Below, in pieces: positions 51,901 to 64,000 of a DNA stretch of 64,000 bases. Where the stretch lies: assembly GCA_964016885.1 (NCBI GenBank), contig OZ024740.1:108748001-108812000 (forward strand), written 5' to 3'. The notes under the pieces were generated by a model. It was not told the DNA's origin. It ran no database searches and worked only from the letters and a program-made list of their open reading frames with translations. Positions within the stretch are counted from its first letter, which is position 1. Each line of letters opens with the position of its first letter. The DNA comes from Eledone cirrhosa (taxonomy: Eukaryota). Position numbers and translations under genes: made by a program.

Positions 51901-54900
51901 CTGTGTCTTTCATTAGAAATATTGTAATGAAAGGGTTGATGACATAGGCAGTGTCTTTCATTAGAAATATTGTAATGAATGGATTAATGACATAGGCAGT
52001 GTCATCATTAGAAATATTGTAATGAAAGGGTTGATGACATAGGCAGTGTCTTTCATTAGAAATGAGGTTAGTAAAGGGTTGATGACATAGTCAGTGTCTT
52101 TCATTAGAAATATTGTAATGAATGGATTAATGACATAGGCAGTGTCTTTCATTAGAAATATAGTAATGAAAGGGTTGATGACATAGGCAGTGTCTTTCAT
52201 TAGAAATATAGTAATGAAAGGGTTGATGACATAGGCAGTGTCTTTCATTAGAAATATAGTAATGAAAGGGTTGATGACATAGGCAATATCATCATTAGAA
52301 ATATAGTAATGAAAGGGTTGATGACATAGGCAGTGTCTTTCATTAGAAATATAGTAATGAAAGAGTTGATGACATAGGCTGTGTCTTTCATTAGAAATAT
52401 TGTAATGAAAGGGTTGATGACATAGGCAGTGTCTTTCATTAGAAATATTGTAATGAATGGATTAATGACATAGGCAGTGTCATCATTAGAAATATTGTAA
52501 TGAAAGGGTTGATGACATAGGCAGTGTCTTTCATTAGAAATGAGGTTAGTAAAGGGTTGATGACATAGTCAGTGTCTTTCATTAGAAATATTGTAATGAA
52601 TGGATTAATGACATAGGCAGTGTCTTTCATTAGAAATATAGTAATGAAAGGGTTGATGACATAGGCAGTGTCTTTCATTAGAAATATAGTAATGAAAGGG
52701 TTGATGACATAGGCAGTGTCTTTCATTAGAAATATTGTAATGAAAGGGTTGATGACATAGGCAGTCTATTTCATTAGAAATATAGTAATGAAAGGGTTGA
52801 TGACATAGGCAGTGTCTTTCTTTAGAAATATAGTAATGAAAGGGTTGATGACATAGGCAGTGTCTTTCATTAGAAATATAGTAATGAAAGGGTTGATGAC
52901 ATAGGCAGTGTCTTTCATTAGAAATATAGTAATGAAAGGGTTGATGACATAAGCAGTGTCTTTCATTAGAAATATAGTAATGAAAGGGTTGATGACATAG
53001 GCAATATCATCATTAGAAATATAGTAATGAAAGGGTTGATGACATAGGCAGTGTCTTTCATTAGAAATATAGTAATGAAAGAGTTGATGACATAGGCTGT
53101 GTCTTTCATTAGAAATATTGTAATGAAAGGGTTGATGACATAGGCAGTGTCTTTCATTAGAAATATTGTAATGAAAGGGTTGATGACATAGGCAGTGTCT
53201 TTCATTAGAAATATAGTAATGAAAGAGTTGATGACATAGGCTGTGTCTTTCATTAGAAATATTGTAATGAAAGGGTTGATGACATAGGCAGTGTCTTTCA
53301 TTAGAAATATAGTAATGAAAGGGTTGATGACATAGGCAGTGTCTTTCATTAGAAATATTGTAATGAATGGATTAATGACATAGGCAGTGTCATCATTAGA
53401 AATATTGTAATGAAAGGGTTGATGACATAGGCAGTGTCTTTCATTAGAAATGAGGTAAGTAAAGGGTTGATGACATAGTCAGTGTCTTTCATTAGAAATA
53501 TTGTAATGAATGGATTAATGACATAGGCAGTGTCTTTCATTAGAAATATAGTAATGAAAGGGTTGATGACATAGGCAGTGTCTTTCATTAGAAATATAGT
53601 AATGAAAGGGTTGATGACATAGGCAGTGTCTTTCATTAGAAATATTGTAATGAAAGGGTTGATGACATAGGCAGTCTATTTCATTAGAAATATAGTAATG
53701 AAAGGGTTGATGACATAGGCAGTGTCTTTCTTTAGAAATATAGTAATGAAAGGGTTGATGACATAGGCAGTGTCTTTCATTAGAAATATAGTAATGAAAG
53801 GGTTGATGACATAGGCAGTGTCTTTCATTAGAAATATAGTAATGAAAGGGTTGATGACATAAGCAGTGTCTTTCATTAGAAATATAGTAATGAAAGGGTT
53901 GATGACATAGGCAATATCATCATTAGAAATATAGTAATGAAAGGGTTGATGACATAGGCAGTGTCTTTCATTAGAAATATAGTAATGAAAGAGTTGATGA
54001 CATAGGCTGTGTCTTTCATTAGAAATATTGTAATGAAAGGGTTGATGACATAGGCAGTGTCTTTCATTAGAAATATTGTAATGAAAGGGTTGATGACATA
54101 GGCAGTGTCTTTCATTAGAAATATAGTAATGAAAGGGTTGATGACATAGGCAGTGTCATCATTAGAAATATAGTAATGAAAGGGTTGATGACATAGGCAG
54201 TGTCTTTCATTAGAAATATAGTAATGAAAGGGTTGATGACATAAGCAGTGTCTTTCATTAGAAATATAGTAATGAAAGGGTTGATGACATAGGCAATATC
54301 ATCATTAGAAATATAGTAATGAAAGGGTTGATGACATAGGCAGTGTCTTTCATTAGAAATATAGTAATGAAAGAGTTGATGACATAGGCTGTGTCTTTCA
54401 TTAGAAATATTGTAATGAAAGGGTTGATGACATAGGCAGTGTCTTTCATTAGAAATATAGTAATGAAAGGGTTGATGACATAGGCAGTGTCTTTCATTAG
54501 AAATATTGTAATGAATGGATTAATGACATAGACAGTGTCATCATTAGAAATATTGTAATGAAAGGGTTGATGATATAGGCAGTGTCTTTCATTAGAAATG
54601 AGGTAAGTAAAGGGTTGATGACATAGGCAGTGTCTTTCATTAGAAATATTGTAATGAATGGATTAATGACATAGGCAGTGTCTTTCATTAGAAATATAGT
54701 AATGAAAGGGTTGATGACATAGGCAGTGTCTTTCATTAGAAATATAGTAATGAAAGGGTTGATGACATAGGCAGTGTCTTTCATTAGAAATATTGTAATG
54801 AATGGATTAATGACATAGGCAGTGTCTTTCATTAGAAATATAGTAATGAAAGGGTTGATGACATAGGCAGTGTCTTTCATTAGAAATATAGTAATGAAAG

Positions 54901-57900
54901 GGTTGATGACATAGGCAGTGTCTTTCATTAGAAATATTGTAATGAAAGGGTTGATGACATAGGCAGTCTATTTCATTAGAAATATAGTAATGAAAGGGTT
55001 GATGACATAGGCAGTGTCTTTCTTTAGAAATATAGTAATGAAAGGGTTGATGACATAGGCAGTGTCTTTCATTAGAAATATAGTAATGAAAGGGTTGATG
55101 ACATAGGCAGTGTCTTTCACTAGAAATATAGTAATGAAAGAGTTGATGACATAGGCTGTGTCTTTCATTAGAAATATTGTAATGAAAGGGTTGATGACAT
55201 AGGCAGTGTCTTTCATTAGAAATATAGTAATGAAAGAGTTGATGACATAGGCAGTGTCTTTCATTAGAAATATAGTAATGAAAGGGTTGATGACATAGGC
55301 AGTGTCATCATTAGAAATATAGTAATGAAACGGTTGATGACATAGGCAGTGTCTTTCATTAGAAATATAGTAATGAAAGGGTTGATGACATAAGCAGTGT
55401 CTTTCATTAGAAATATAGTAATGAAAGGGTTGATGACATAGGCAATATCATCATTAGAAATATAGTAATGAAAGGGTTGATGACATAGGCAGTGTCTTTC
55501 ATTAGAAATATAGTAATGAAAGAGTTGATGACATAGGCTGTGTCTTTCATTAGAAATATTGTAATGAAAGGGTTGATGACATAGGCAGTGTCTTTCATTA
55601 GAAATATAGTAATGAAAGGGTTGATGACATAGGCAGTGTCTTTCATTAGAAATATTGTAATGAATGGATTAATGACATAGGCAGTGTCATCATTAGAAAT
55701 ATTGTAATGAAAGGGTTGATGACATAGGCAGTGTCTTTCATTAGAAATGAGGTTAGTAAAGGGTTGATGACATAGTCAGTGTCTTTCATTAGAAATATTG
55801 TAATGAATGGATTAATGACATAGGCAGTGTCTTTCATTAGAAATATAGTAATGAAAGGGTTGATGACATAGGCAGTGTCTTTCATTAGAAATATAGTAAT
55901 GAAAGGGTTGATGACATAGGCAGTGTCTTTCATTAGAAATATTGTAATGAAAGGGTTGATGACATAGGCAGTCTATTTCATTAGAAATATAGTAATGAAA
56001 GGGTTGATGACATAGGCAGTGTCTTTCTTTAGAAATATAGTAATGAAAGGGTTGATGACATAGGCAGTGTCTTTCATTAGAAATATAGTAATGAAAGGGT
56101 TGATGACATAGGCAGTGTCTTTCATTAGAAATATAGTAATGAAAGGGTTGATGACATAAGCAGTGTCTTTCATTAGAAATATAGTAATGAAAGGGTTGAT
56201 GACATAGGCAATATCATCATTAGAAATATAGTAATGAAAGGGTTGATGACATAGGCAGTGTCTTTCATTAGAAATATAGTAATGAAAGAGTTGATGACAT
56301 AGGCTGTGTCTTTCATTAGAAATATTGTAATGAAAGGGTTGATGACATAGGCAGTGTCTTTCATTAGAAATATTGTAATGAAAGGGTTGATGACATAGGC
56401 AGTGTCTTTCATTAGAAATATAGTAATGAAAGGGTTGATGACATAGGCAGTGTCATCATTAGAAATATAGTAATGAAAGGGTTGATGACATAGGCAGTGT
56501 CTTTCATTAGAAATATAGTAATGAAAGGGTTGATGACATAAGCAGTGTCTTTCATTAGAAATATAGTAATGAAAGGGTTGATGACATAGGCAATATCATC
56601 ATTAGAAATATAGTAATGAAAGGGTTGATGACATAGGCAGTGTCTTTCATTAGAAATATAGTAATGAAAGAGTTGATGACATAGGCTGTGTCTTTCATTA
56701 GAAATATTGTAATGAAAGGGTTGATGACATAGGCAGTGTCTTTCATTAGAAATATAGTAATGAAAGGGTTGATGACATAGGCAGTGTCTTTCATTAGAAA
56801 TATTGTAATGAATGGATTAATGACATAGGCAGTGTCATCATTAGAAATATTGTAATGAAAGGGTTGATGACATAGGCAGTGTCTTTCATTAGAAATGAGG
56901 TAAGTAAAGGGTTGATGACATAGTCAGTGTCTTTCATTAGAAATATTGTAATGAATGGATTAATGACATAGGCAGTGTCTTTCATTAGAAATATAGTAAT
57001 GAAAGGGTTGATGACATAGGCAGTGTCTTTCATTAGAAATATAGTAATGAAAGGGTTGATGACATAGGCAGTGTCTTTCATTAGAAATATTGTAATGAAA
57101 GGGTTGATGACATAGGCAGTCTATTTCATTAGAAATATAGTAATGAAAGGGTTGATGACATAGGCAGTGTCTTTCTTTAGAAATATAGTAATGAAAGGGT
57201 TGATGACATAGGCAGTGTCTTTCATTAGAAATATAGTAATGAAAGGGTTGATGACATAGGCAGTGTCTTTCATTAGAAATATAGTAATGAAAGGGTTGAT
57301 GACATAAGCAGTGTCTTTCATTAGAAATATAGTAATGAAAGGGTTGATGACATAGGCAATATCATCATTAGAAATATAGTAATGAAAGGGTTGATGACAT
57401 AGGCAGTGTCTTTCATTAGAAATATAGTAATGAAAGAGTTGATGACATAGGCTGTGTCTTTCATTAGAAATATTGTAATGAAAGGGTTGATGACATAGGC
57501 AGTGTCTTTCATTAGAAATATTGTAATGAAAGGGTTGATGACATAGGCAGTGTCTTTCATTAGAAATATAGTAATGAAAGGGTTGATGACATAGGCAGTG
57601 TCATCATTAGAAATATAGTAATGAAAGGGTTGATGACATAGGCAGTGTCTTTCATTAGAAATATAGTAATGAAAGGGTTGATGACATAAGCAGTGTCTTT
57701 CATTAGAAATATAGTAATGAAAGGGTTGATGACATAGGCAATATCATCATTAGAAATATAGTAATGAAAGGGTTGATGACATAGGCAGTGTCTTTCATTA
57801 GAAATATAGTAATGAAAGAGTTGATGACATAGGCTGTGTCTTTCATTAGAAATATTGTAATGAAAGGGTTGATGACATAGGCAGTGTCTTTCATTAGAAA

Positions 57901-60900
57901 TATAGTAATGAAAGGGTTGATGACATAGGCAGTGTCTTTCATTAGAAATATTGTAATGAATGGATTAATGACATAGACAGTGTCATCATTAGAAATATTG
58001 TAATGAAAGGGTTGATGATATAGGCAGTGTCTTTCATTAGAAATGAGGTAAGTAAAGGGTTGATGACATAGGCAGTGTCTTTCATTAGAAATATTGTAAT
58101 GAATGGATTAATGACATAGGCAGTGTCTTTCATTAGAAATATAGTAATGAAAGGGTTGATGACATAGGCAGTGTCTTTCATTAGAAATATAGTAATGAAA
58201 GGGTTGATGACATAGGCAGTGTCTTTCATTAGAAATATTGTAATGAATGGATTAATGACATAGGCAGTGTCTTTCATTAGAAATATAGTAATGAAAGGGT
58301 TGATGACATAGGCAGTGTCTTTCATTAGAAATATAGTAATGAAAGGGTTGATGACATAGGCAGTGTCTTTCATTAGAAATATTGTAATGAAAGGGTTGAT
58401 GACATAGGCAGTCTATTTCATTAGAAATATAGTAATGAAAGGGTTGATGACATAGGCAGTGTCTTTCTTTAGAAATATAGTAATGAAAGGGTTGATGACA
58501 TAGGCAGTGTCTTTCATTAGAAATATAGTAATGAAAGGGTTGATGACATAGGCAGTGTCTTTCACTAGAAATATAGTAATGAAAGAGTTGATGACATAGG
58601 CTGTGTCTTTCATTAGAAATATTGTAATGAAAGGGTTGATGACATAGGCAGTGTCTTTCATTAGAAATATAGTAATGAAAGAGTTGATGACATAGGCAGT
58701 GTCTTTCATTAGAAATATAGTAATGAAAGGGTTGATGACATAGGCAGTGTCATCATTAGAAATATAGTAATGAAAGGGTTGATGACATAGGCAGTGTCTT
58801 TCATTAGAAATATAGTAATGAAAGGGTTGATGACATAAGCAGTGTCTTTCATTAGAAATATAGTAATGAAAGGGTTGATGACATAGGCAATATCATCATT
58901 AGAAATATAGTAATGAAAGGGTTGATGACATAGGCAGTGTCTTTCATTAGAAATATAGTAATGAAAGAGTTGATGACATAGGCTGTGTCTTTCATTAGAA
59001 ATATTGTAATGAAAGGGTTGATGACATAGGCAGTGTCTTTCATTAGAAATATAGTAATGAAAGGGTTGATGACATAGGCAGTGTCTTTCATTAGAAATAT
59101 TGTAATGAATGGATTAATGACATAGGCAGTGTCATCATTAGAAATATTGTAATGAAAGGGTTGATGACATAGGCAGTGTCTTTCATTAGAAATGAGGTTA
59201 GTAAAGGGTTGATGACATAGTCAGTGTCTTTCATTAGAAATATTGTAATGAATGGATTAATGACATAGGCAGTGTCTTTCATTAGAAATATAGTAATGAA
59301 AGGGTTGATGACATAGGCAGTGTCTTTCATTAGAAATATAGTAATGAAAGGGTTGATGACATAGGCAGTGTCTTTCATTAGAAATATTGTAATGAAAGGG
59401 TTGATGACATAGGCAGTCTATTTCATTAGAAATATAGTAATGAAAGGGTTGATGACATAGGCAGTGTCTTTCATTAGAAATATAGTACTGAAAGGGTTGA
59501 TGACATAGGCAGTGTCTTTCATTAGAAATATAGTAATGAAAGGGTTGATGACATAGGCAATATCATCATTAGAAATATAGTAATGAAAGGGTTGATGACA
59601 TAGGCAGTGTCTTTCATTAGAAATATAGTAATGAAAGAGTTGATGACATAGGCTGTGTCTTTCATTAGAAATATTGTAATGAAAGGGTTGATGACATAGG
59701 CAGTGTCTTTCATTAGAAATATAGTAATGAAAGGGTTGATGACATAGGCAGTGTCTTTCATTAGAAATATTGTAATGAATGGATTAATGACATAGGCAGT
59801 GTCATCATTAGAAATATTGTAATGAAAGGGTTGATGACATAGGCAGTGTCTTTCATTAGAAATGAGGTTAGTAAAGGGTTGATGACATAGTCAGTGTCTT
59901 TCATTAGAAATATTGTAATGAATGGATTAATGACATAGGCAGTGTCTTTCATTAGAAATATAGTAATGAAAGGGTTGATGACATAGGCAGTGTCTTTCAT
60001 TAGAAATATAGTAATGAAAGGGTTGATGACATAGGCAGTGTCTTTCATTAGAAATATTGTAATGAAAGGGTTGATGACATAGGCAGTCTATTTCATTAGA
60101 AATATAGTAATGAAAGGGTTGATGACATAGGCAGTGTCTTTCTTTAGAAATATAGTAATGAAAGGGTTGATGACATAGGCAGTGTCTTTCATTATAAATA
60201 TAGTAATGAAAGGGTTGATGACATAGGCAGTGTCTTTCATTAGAAATATAGTAATGAAAGGGTTGATGACATAAGCAGTGTCTTTCATTAGAAATATAGT
60301 AATGAAAGGGTTGATGACATAGGCAATATCATCATTAGAAATATAGTAATGAAAGGGTTGATGACATAGGCAGTGTCTTTCATTAGAAATATAGTAATGA
60401 AAGAGTTGATGACATAGGCTGTGTCTTTCATTAGAAATATTGTAATGAAAGGGTTGATGACATAGGCAGTGTCTTTCATTAGAAATATTGTAATGAAAGG
60501 GTTGATGACATAGGCAGTGTCTTTCATTAGAAATATAGTAATGAAAGGGTTGATGACATAGGCAGTGTCATCATTAGAAATATAGTAATGAAAGGGTTGA
60601 TGACATAGGCAGTGTCTTTCATTAGAAATATAGTAATGAAAGGGTTGATGACATAAGCAGTGTCTTTCATTAGAAATATAGTAATGAAAGGGTTGATGAC
60701 ATAGGCAATATCATCATTAGAAATATAGTAATGAAAGGGTTGATGACATAGGCAGTGTCTTTCATTAGAAATATAGTAATGAAAGAGTTGATGACATAGG
60801 CTGTGTCTTTCATTAGAAATATTGTAATGAAAGGGTTGATGACATAGGCAGTGTCTTTCATTAGAAATATAGTAATGAAAGGGTTGATGACATAGGCAGT

Positions 60901-62400
60901 GTCTTTCATTAGAAATATTGTAATGAATGGATTAATGACATAGGCAGTGTCATCATTAGAAATATTGTAATGAAAGGGTTGATGACATAGGCAGTGTCTT
61001 TCATTAGAAATGAGGTTAGTAAAGGGTTGATGACATAGTCAGTGTCTTTCATTAGAAATATTGTAATGAATGGATTAATGACATAGGCAGTGTCTTTCAT
61101 TAGAAATATAGTAATGAAAGGGTTGATGACATAGGCAGTGTCTTTCATTAGAAATATAGTAATGAAAGGGTTGATGACATAGGCAGTGTCTTTCATTAGA
61201 AATATTGTAATGAAAGGGTTGATGACATAGGCAGTCTATTTCATTAGAAATATAGTAATGAAAGGGTTGATGACATAGGCAGTGTCTTTCTTTAGAAATA
61301 TAGTAATGAAAGGGTTGATGACATAGGCAGTGTCTTTCATTATAAATATAGTAATGAAAGGGTTGATGACATAGGCAGTGTCTTTCATTAGAAATATAGT
61401 AATGAAAGGGTTGATGACATAAGCAGTGTCTTTCATTAGAAATATAGTAATGAAAGGGTTGATGACATAGGCAATATCATCATTAGAAATATAGTAATGA
61501 AAGGGTTGATGACATAGGCAGTGTCTTTCATTAGAAATATAGTAATGAAAGAGTTGATGACATAGGCTGTGTCTTTCATTAGAAATATTGTAATGAAAGG
61601 GTTGATGACATAGGCAGTGTCTTTCATTAGAAATATTGTAATGAAAGGGTTGATGACATAGGCAGTGTCTTTCATTAGAAATATAGTAATGAAAGGGTTG
61701 ATGACATAGGCAGTGTCATCATTAGAAATATAGTAATGAAAGGGTTGATGACATAGGCAGTGTCTTTCATTAGAAATATAGTAATGAAAGGGTTGATGAC
61801 ATAAGCAGTGTCTTTCATTAGAAATATAGTAATGAAAGGGTTGATGACATAGGCAATATCATCATTAGAAATATAGTAATGAAAGGGTTGATGACATAGG
61901 CAGTGTCTTTCATTAGAAATATAGTAATGAAAGAGTTGATGACATAGGCTGTGTCTTTCATTAGAAATATTGTAATGAAAGGGTTGATGACATAGGCAGT
62001 GTCTTTCATTAGAAATATAGTAATGAAAGGGTTGATGACATAGGCAGTGTCTTTCATTAGAAATATTGTAATGAATGGATTAATGACATAGACAGTGTCA
62101 TCATTAGAAATATTGTAATGAAAGGGTTGATGATATAGGCAGTGTCTTTCATTAGAAATGAGGTAAGTAAAGGGTTGATGACATAGGCAGTGTCTTTCAT
62201 TAGAAATATTGTAATGAATGGATTAATGACATAGGCAGTGTCTTTCATTAGAAATATAGTAATGAAAGGGTTGATGACATAGGCAGTGTCTTTCATTAGA
62301 AATATAGTAATGAAAGGGTTGATGACATAGGCAGTGTCTTTCATTAGAAATATTGTAATGAAAGGGTTGATGACATAGGCAGTCTATTTCATTAGAAATA
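48944..62400. repeat. Domain dominated by 24-monomer (1148/1149 bp) higher-order spacing, with a 3,445-bp super-period
   Basis: Module positions 48946, 50094, 51243; 53349, 54497, 55646, 56794, 57942, 59091; 59761, 60909, 62057. The block from 53349 repeats at 56794 (offset 3,445), and the block from 48946 repeats at 53349 (offset 4,403). Confidence 0.87.
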
Positions 62401-64000
62401 TAGTAATGAAAGGGTTGATGACATAGGCAGTGTCTTTCTTTAGAAATATAGTAATGAAAGGGTTGATGACATAGGCAGTGTCTTTCATTAGAAATATAGT
62501 AATGAAAGGGTTGATGACATAGGCAGTGTCTTTCATTAGAAATATAGTAATGAAAGAGTTGATGACATAGGCTGTGTCTTTCATTAGAAATATTGTAATG
62601 AAAGGGTTGATGACATAGGCAGTGTCTTTCATTAGAAATATAGTAATGAAAGAGTTGATGACATAGGCAGTGTCTTTCTTTAGAAATATAGTAATGAAAG
62701 GGTTGATGACATAGGCAGTGTCTTTCATTAGAAATATAGTAATGAAAGGGTTGATGACATAGGCAGTGTCTTTCATTAGAAATATTGTAATGAAAGGGTT
62801 GATGACATAGGCAGTCTATTTCATTAGAAATATAGTAATGAAAGGGTTGATGACATAGGCAGTGTCTTTCTTTAGAAATATAGTAATGAAAGGGTTGATG
62901 ACATAGGCAGTGTCTTTCATTAGAAATATTGTAATGAAAGGGTTGATGACATAGGCAGTGTCTTTCATTAGAAATATAGTAATGAAAGGGTTGATGACAT
63001 AGGCAGTGTCATCATTAGAAATATAGTAATGAAAGGGTTGATGACATAGGCAGTGTCTTTCATTAGAAATATAGTAATGAAAGGGTTGATGACATAAGCA
63101 GTGTCTTTCATTAGAAATATAGTAATGAAAGGGTTGATGACATAGGCAATATCATCATTAGAAATATAGTAATGAAAGGGTTGATGACATAGGCAGTGTC
63201 TTTCATTAGAAATATAGTAATGAAAGGGTTGATGACATAGGCAGTGTCTTTCATTAGAAATGAGGTAAGTAAAGGGTTGATGACATAGTCAGTGTCTTTC
63301 ATTAGAAATATTGTAATGAATGGATTAATGACATAGGCAGTGTCTTTCATTAGAAATATAGTAATGAAAGGGTTGATGACATAGGCAGTGTCTTTCATTA
63401 GAAATATAGTAATGAAAGGGTTGATGACATAGGCAGTGTCTTTCATTAGAAATATTGTAATGAAAGGGTTGATGACATAGGCAGTCTATTTCATTAGAAA
63501 TATAGTAATGAAAGGGTTGATGACATAGGCAGTGTCTTTCTTTAGAAATATAGTAATGAAAGGGTTGATGACATAGGCAGTGTCTTTCATTAGAAATATA
63601 GTAATGAAAGGGTTGATGACATAGGCAGTGTCTTTCATTAGAAATATAGTAATGAAAGGGTTGATGACATAAGCAGTGTCTTTCATTAGAAATATAGTAA
63701 TGAAAGGGTTGATGACATAGGCAATATCATCATTAGAAATATAGTAATGAAAGGGTTGATGACATAGGCAGTGTCTTTCATTAGAAATATAGTAATGAAA
63801 GAGTTGATGACATAGGCTGTGTCTTTCATTAGAAATATTGTAATGAAAGGGTTGATGACATAGGCAGTGTCTTTCATTAGAAATATTGTAATGAAAGGGT
63901 TGATGACATAGGCAGTGTCTTTCATTAGAAATATAGTAATGAAAGGGTTGATGACATAGGCAGTGTCATCATTAGAAATATAGTAATGAAAGGGTTGATG

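Larger units (their letters stand above)
1..64000. repeat. 48-bp tandem satellite array (~1,340 monomers, single orientation, open at both window edges)
   Basis: CATTAGAAATATAGTAATGAAAGGGTTGATGACATAGGCAGTGTCTTT recurs head-to-tail with only point variants and 47-, 46- and 35-bp length variants. The ORF track shows the same 16-aa unit throughout. Confidence 0.99.

Noticed and set aside
252-63925. The many listed ORFs encoding (MKDTAYVINPFITIFL)n as real CDSs
   Set aside because: They follow from a stop-free frame in a 48-bp unit. There is no unique N- or C-terminal domain or recognisable family, and frameshifts and stops are frequent. Kept only as a hypothesis in the findings.
1-64000. CRISPR array (palindromic repeat of similar size)
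   Set aside because: No unique spacers separate the repeats and no cas genes are present.
1-64000. Telomeric repeat (AGGGTT, ATAGG, G-rich strand)
   Set aside because: Only one permuted hexamer per 48 bp and no tandem TTAGGG or TTAGG. A subtelomeric location cannot be judged from this window.

Overview
The whole 64 kb window is one uninterrupted, head-to-tail tandem array of an AT-rich 48-bp monomer, consensus CATTAGAAATATAGTAATGAAAGGGTTGATGACATAGGCAGTGTCTTT (16/48 GC, no CpG, 12 G to 4 C on +). It holds roughly 1,340 copies and runs past both window edges. It looks like eukaryotic-type satellite DNA, but I cannot assign it to a named family or organism. I found no unique sequence, conventional gene, RNA gene, transposon, inversion or CRISPR spacer. 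Every listed ORF is a translation of the monomer (48 = 16 codons; two minus-strand frames are stop-free). The information is in the variant monomers. (1) About a dozen recurrent variants form a conserved 12-13-monomer module (about 55 marker copies), spaced at 622, 1005 or 1148 bp and nested in multi-kb duplications. (2) Each monomer carries two inverted repeats, and several complex variants map exactly onto them: a 47-bp variant perfects hairpin II, and a 35-bp variant is a symmetric deletion of the hairpin I tip. (3) The module's marker monomer contains a perfect AG|GTAAGT splice-donor motif. (4) Several common variants, including a linked triple substitution, are synonymous in the MKDTAYVINPFITIFL frame. 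Functional readings of points 2-4 are inference only.
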